Below, piece after piece: positions 62,191 through 64,000 of a stretch of DNA of 64,000 nucleotides. Position 1 is the first letter of the stretch; each line of letters begins with the position of its first letter. Both the position numbers and the translations under genes were made by a program. The stretch is from the NCBI GenBank assembly GCA_047285535.1, contig JBJBDC010000001.1, positions 992,136 to 1,056,135 of the forward strand. Reading direction: 5' to 3'. Origin of the DNA: Synechococcus sp. (GTDB lineage: Bacteria > Cyanobacteriota > Cyanobacteriia > PCC-6307 > Cyanobiaceae). The notes under the pieces are model-generated. The model did no database searches. It saw only the letters and a program-made list of their open reading frames with translations, and had not been told where the DNA came from.

Positions 62191-63310
62191 GGCCTCATGG
62201 ACAAGTTAGTTGACAAAAGATGCGTCATAAAAGCCAACATTCTCACCTGAGTCCGCACCCGTTGACCTCAGATCAACATCCAAGCGATCAACATCAACGC
62301 TCCCAGCATTAGCTTCCTGATTACGTCCATACTGGGCAAAAGCATGATAGTGGGAACGACCGACAGCGCCTCGAACCCCTTTGCTTGTTTGAGATGAAAC
62401 TGCGTCCCTGTTTTGGGGACCAAGGTGAAACAATCCTGAGGGAAGTTTTCTGATTCCCGAGAGTAGGAACCGAATCCTGACTGGCGAAACAATCGAACTT
62501 AATCCCAATCAGCTCACTGATGCACAGCTCACTCCGCCTAGATGGAGACAAAACACACAGTTTGTTCAGCAGGGGCATTGCACCAACTACCGCAGCGGGG
62601 TTGTTTTGCCTCCAACCCAGCCATGCACTCTCTCTCAGGAAAGGAATGGCCTCTCAGATCAAGGGATAGGCCGTTTGAACAGCCCATTGTGCTTTAAGGA
62701 AACTCGCCACCTTGGATTCCGAGCACTGCAACGTTGCTGCACTTGAGCGGTAGGCCAGAAAAAGTTGAATTCGCACTTGTTGTGCTTGATCAGAACCAGT
62801 GGGATGAGCCATCAATGAAACTCAGAGCGTTTCAAGGCTGATTTCAGCGCTTTCTGCTGGTTACAGACACACACCACCTCAGCTCAAGCCGAGAGAAGGC
62901 AAGGCCACAAGTTCTTGTAGTTCAGTCCTGATGGTTCGACGATCATCACTCCAAGCCGCCAAAATCCAAAAGCATCAAACGGATCGCTTCCTCAAGCTCT
63001 AACTCCTCAAGCCTCCATTGCTTGCAGGCTGTATTAGGAATGTCAATTCGTTTATAGATATGACCGTCAGCAACAAGGTATTGACTGGGTTTAACCATCT
63101 TTTCATTTGTAGTGGTCACGATCAACGAGAGAACTCCATCGCCCTCATCAATTTGGTGAGCCCCAGCCGTAAGTATCAAGTGTTTGTCTTGGGGAGCACA
63201 TCAAAGGACGATGATCTCATGATTGCTGCTGAACACCAAAGTCGCGCCAATCAAACCAAAATCAAGACCAATGGGAAGATGCTCTAGGTTTCAATGTTCG
63301 AAAATTTGAT

Positions 63311-63661
63311 ATGAAATCTCAACACCTTTCCCTGATTTCATTGCTTCTGACGTTAGGAATGGCACACTCAGTCCATGCCAGCTGCGACAGCTTTTCAACG
63401 AAACTCAAGAATATCAACGCTGAAGAGAAAGAAGCATGGAAACAAGTTCGACGCCTGCACGTAGAAGAGCGATGCGGCTCTGAGAGCCAATCATGGTTAG
63501 GAGGAGCTGCAGGCTCTCGACGATTTGCGTATTTGAATTGCAAGCTTAGTGCTCGAAACAGTGACGCTTTCAAGAAAAAGTGGGCACCCTATGCGTCTGC
63601 ATGGCAGGCAAAAAAAGAGAAGCTAAAGCTTGAAGGGATCGCATTCGGCTGTGCCGAATAA
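63311..63661 (+). CDS. Secreted hypothetical protein with four Cys
   Basis: Signal peptide VHA; 116-aa ATG ORF. Confidence 0.6.
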   Translation: MKSQHLSLISLLLTLGMAHSVHASCDSFSTKLKNINAEEKEAWKQVRRLHVEERCGSESQSWLGGAAGSRRFAYLNCKLSARNSDAFKKKWAPYASAWQAKKEKLKLEGIAFGCAE

Positions 63662-64000
63662 ATGAATGAAAAGCCGATGCTGCACTAAGAGTGCTCACGA
63701 ATCAACTCACGCCAACCAAACACTTGATTGCTCAGTCATCAGATCCAATAGCAATCAGGAGCACAAAGACTCAATTGCATCAAAAGCAACAACAGAGTTG
63801 ATTGCACTGAAAAAAGCAAAGCAAATTCATTAGCAGAAATCCACCTAACAAACCACACAGCAATCAAAATGAATTTTATCGCTCAGGAAGAGCAGATTCA
63901 GTTGCTACGCAGACAAATAGCCCATGCAAGGAGACAGCTTGACCTATGACAATCAAACGCATTTCAAAACCATCTCGATCACTGCTATGCACGGATTAAT

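Noticed and set aside
62946..63287. ORFs 62946..63179 (-) and 63018..63287 (+)
   Set aside because: Non-ATG starts, mutually overlapping, no motif; possibly a gene remnant

Overview
64 kb of a marine picocyanobacterial chromosome. Gene content (hisA, DUF3685, hli, TIGR03894, petJ, cyanobacterial AbrB) points to marine Synechococcus; this is an inference, not a search result. 1-5 kb is core genome (DUF3685, Fur-family regulator, hisA, epimerase, CDP-alcohol phosphotransferase, CBS protein). 5-12 kb is a cell-envelope/ion-channel block. The most notable part is a minus-strand trace-metal island at about 15-27.7 kb. It holds two cytochrome c6 paralogues, a His/acidic-repeat outer-membrane-like protein, a Zn-type ABC transporter with a perfect Zur-type palindrome inside the operon, a YcgR/YcgQ-type permease pair with an Ig-like partner, DUF3721, a secreted iota-class (COG4337-like) carbonic anhydrase and a Mn-type ABC transporter. 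28-64 kb is gene-sparse and A-rich on the + strand. It carries many small hypothetical genes, redox/stress genes, at least three clear pseudogenes (sodC, yccF, PNPOx-like) and two candidate structured ncRNAs. I recognised no tRNA, rRNA, CRISPR array, integrase or transposase. All family assignments come from motif recognition by eye.
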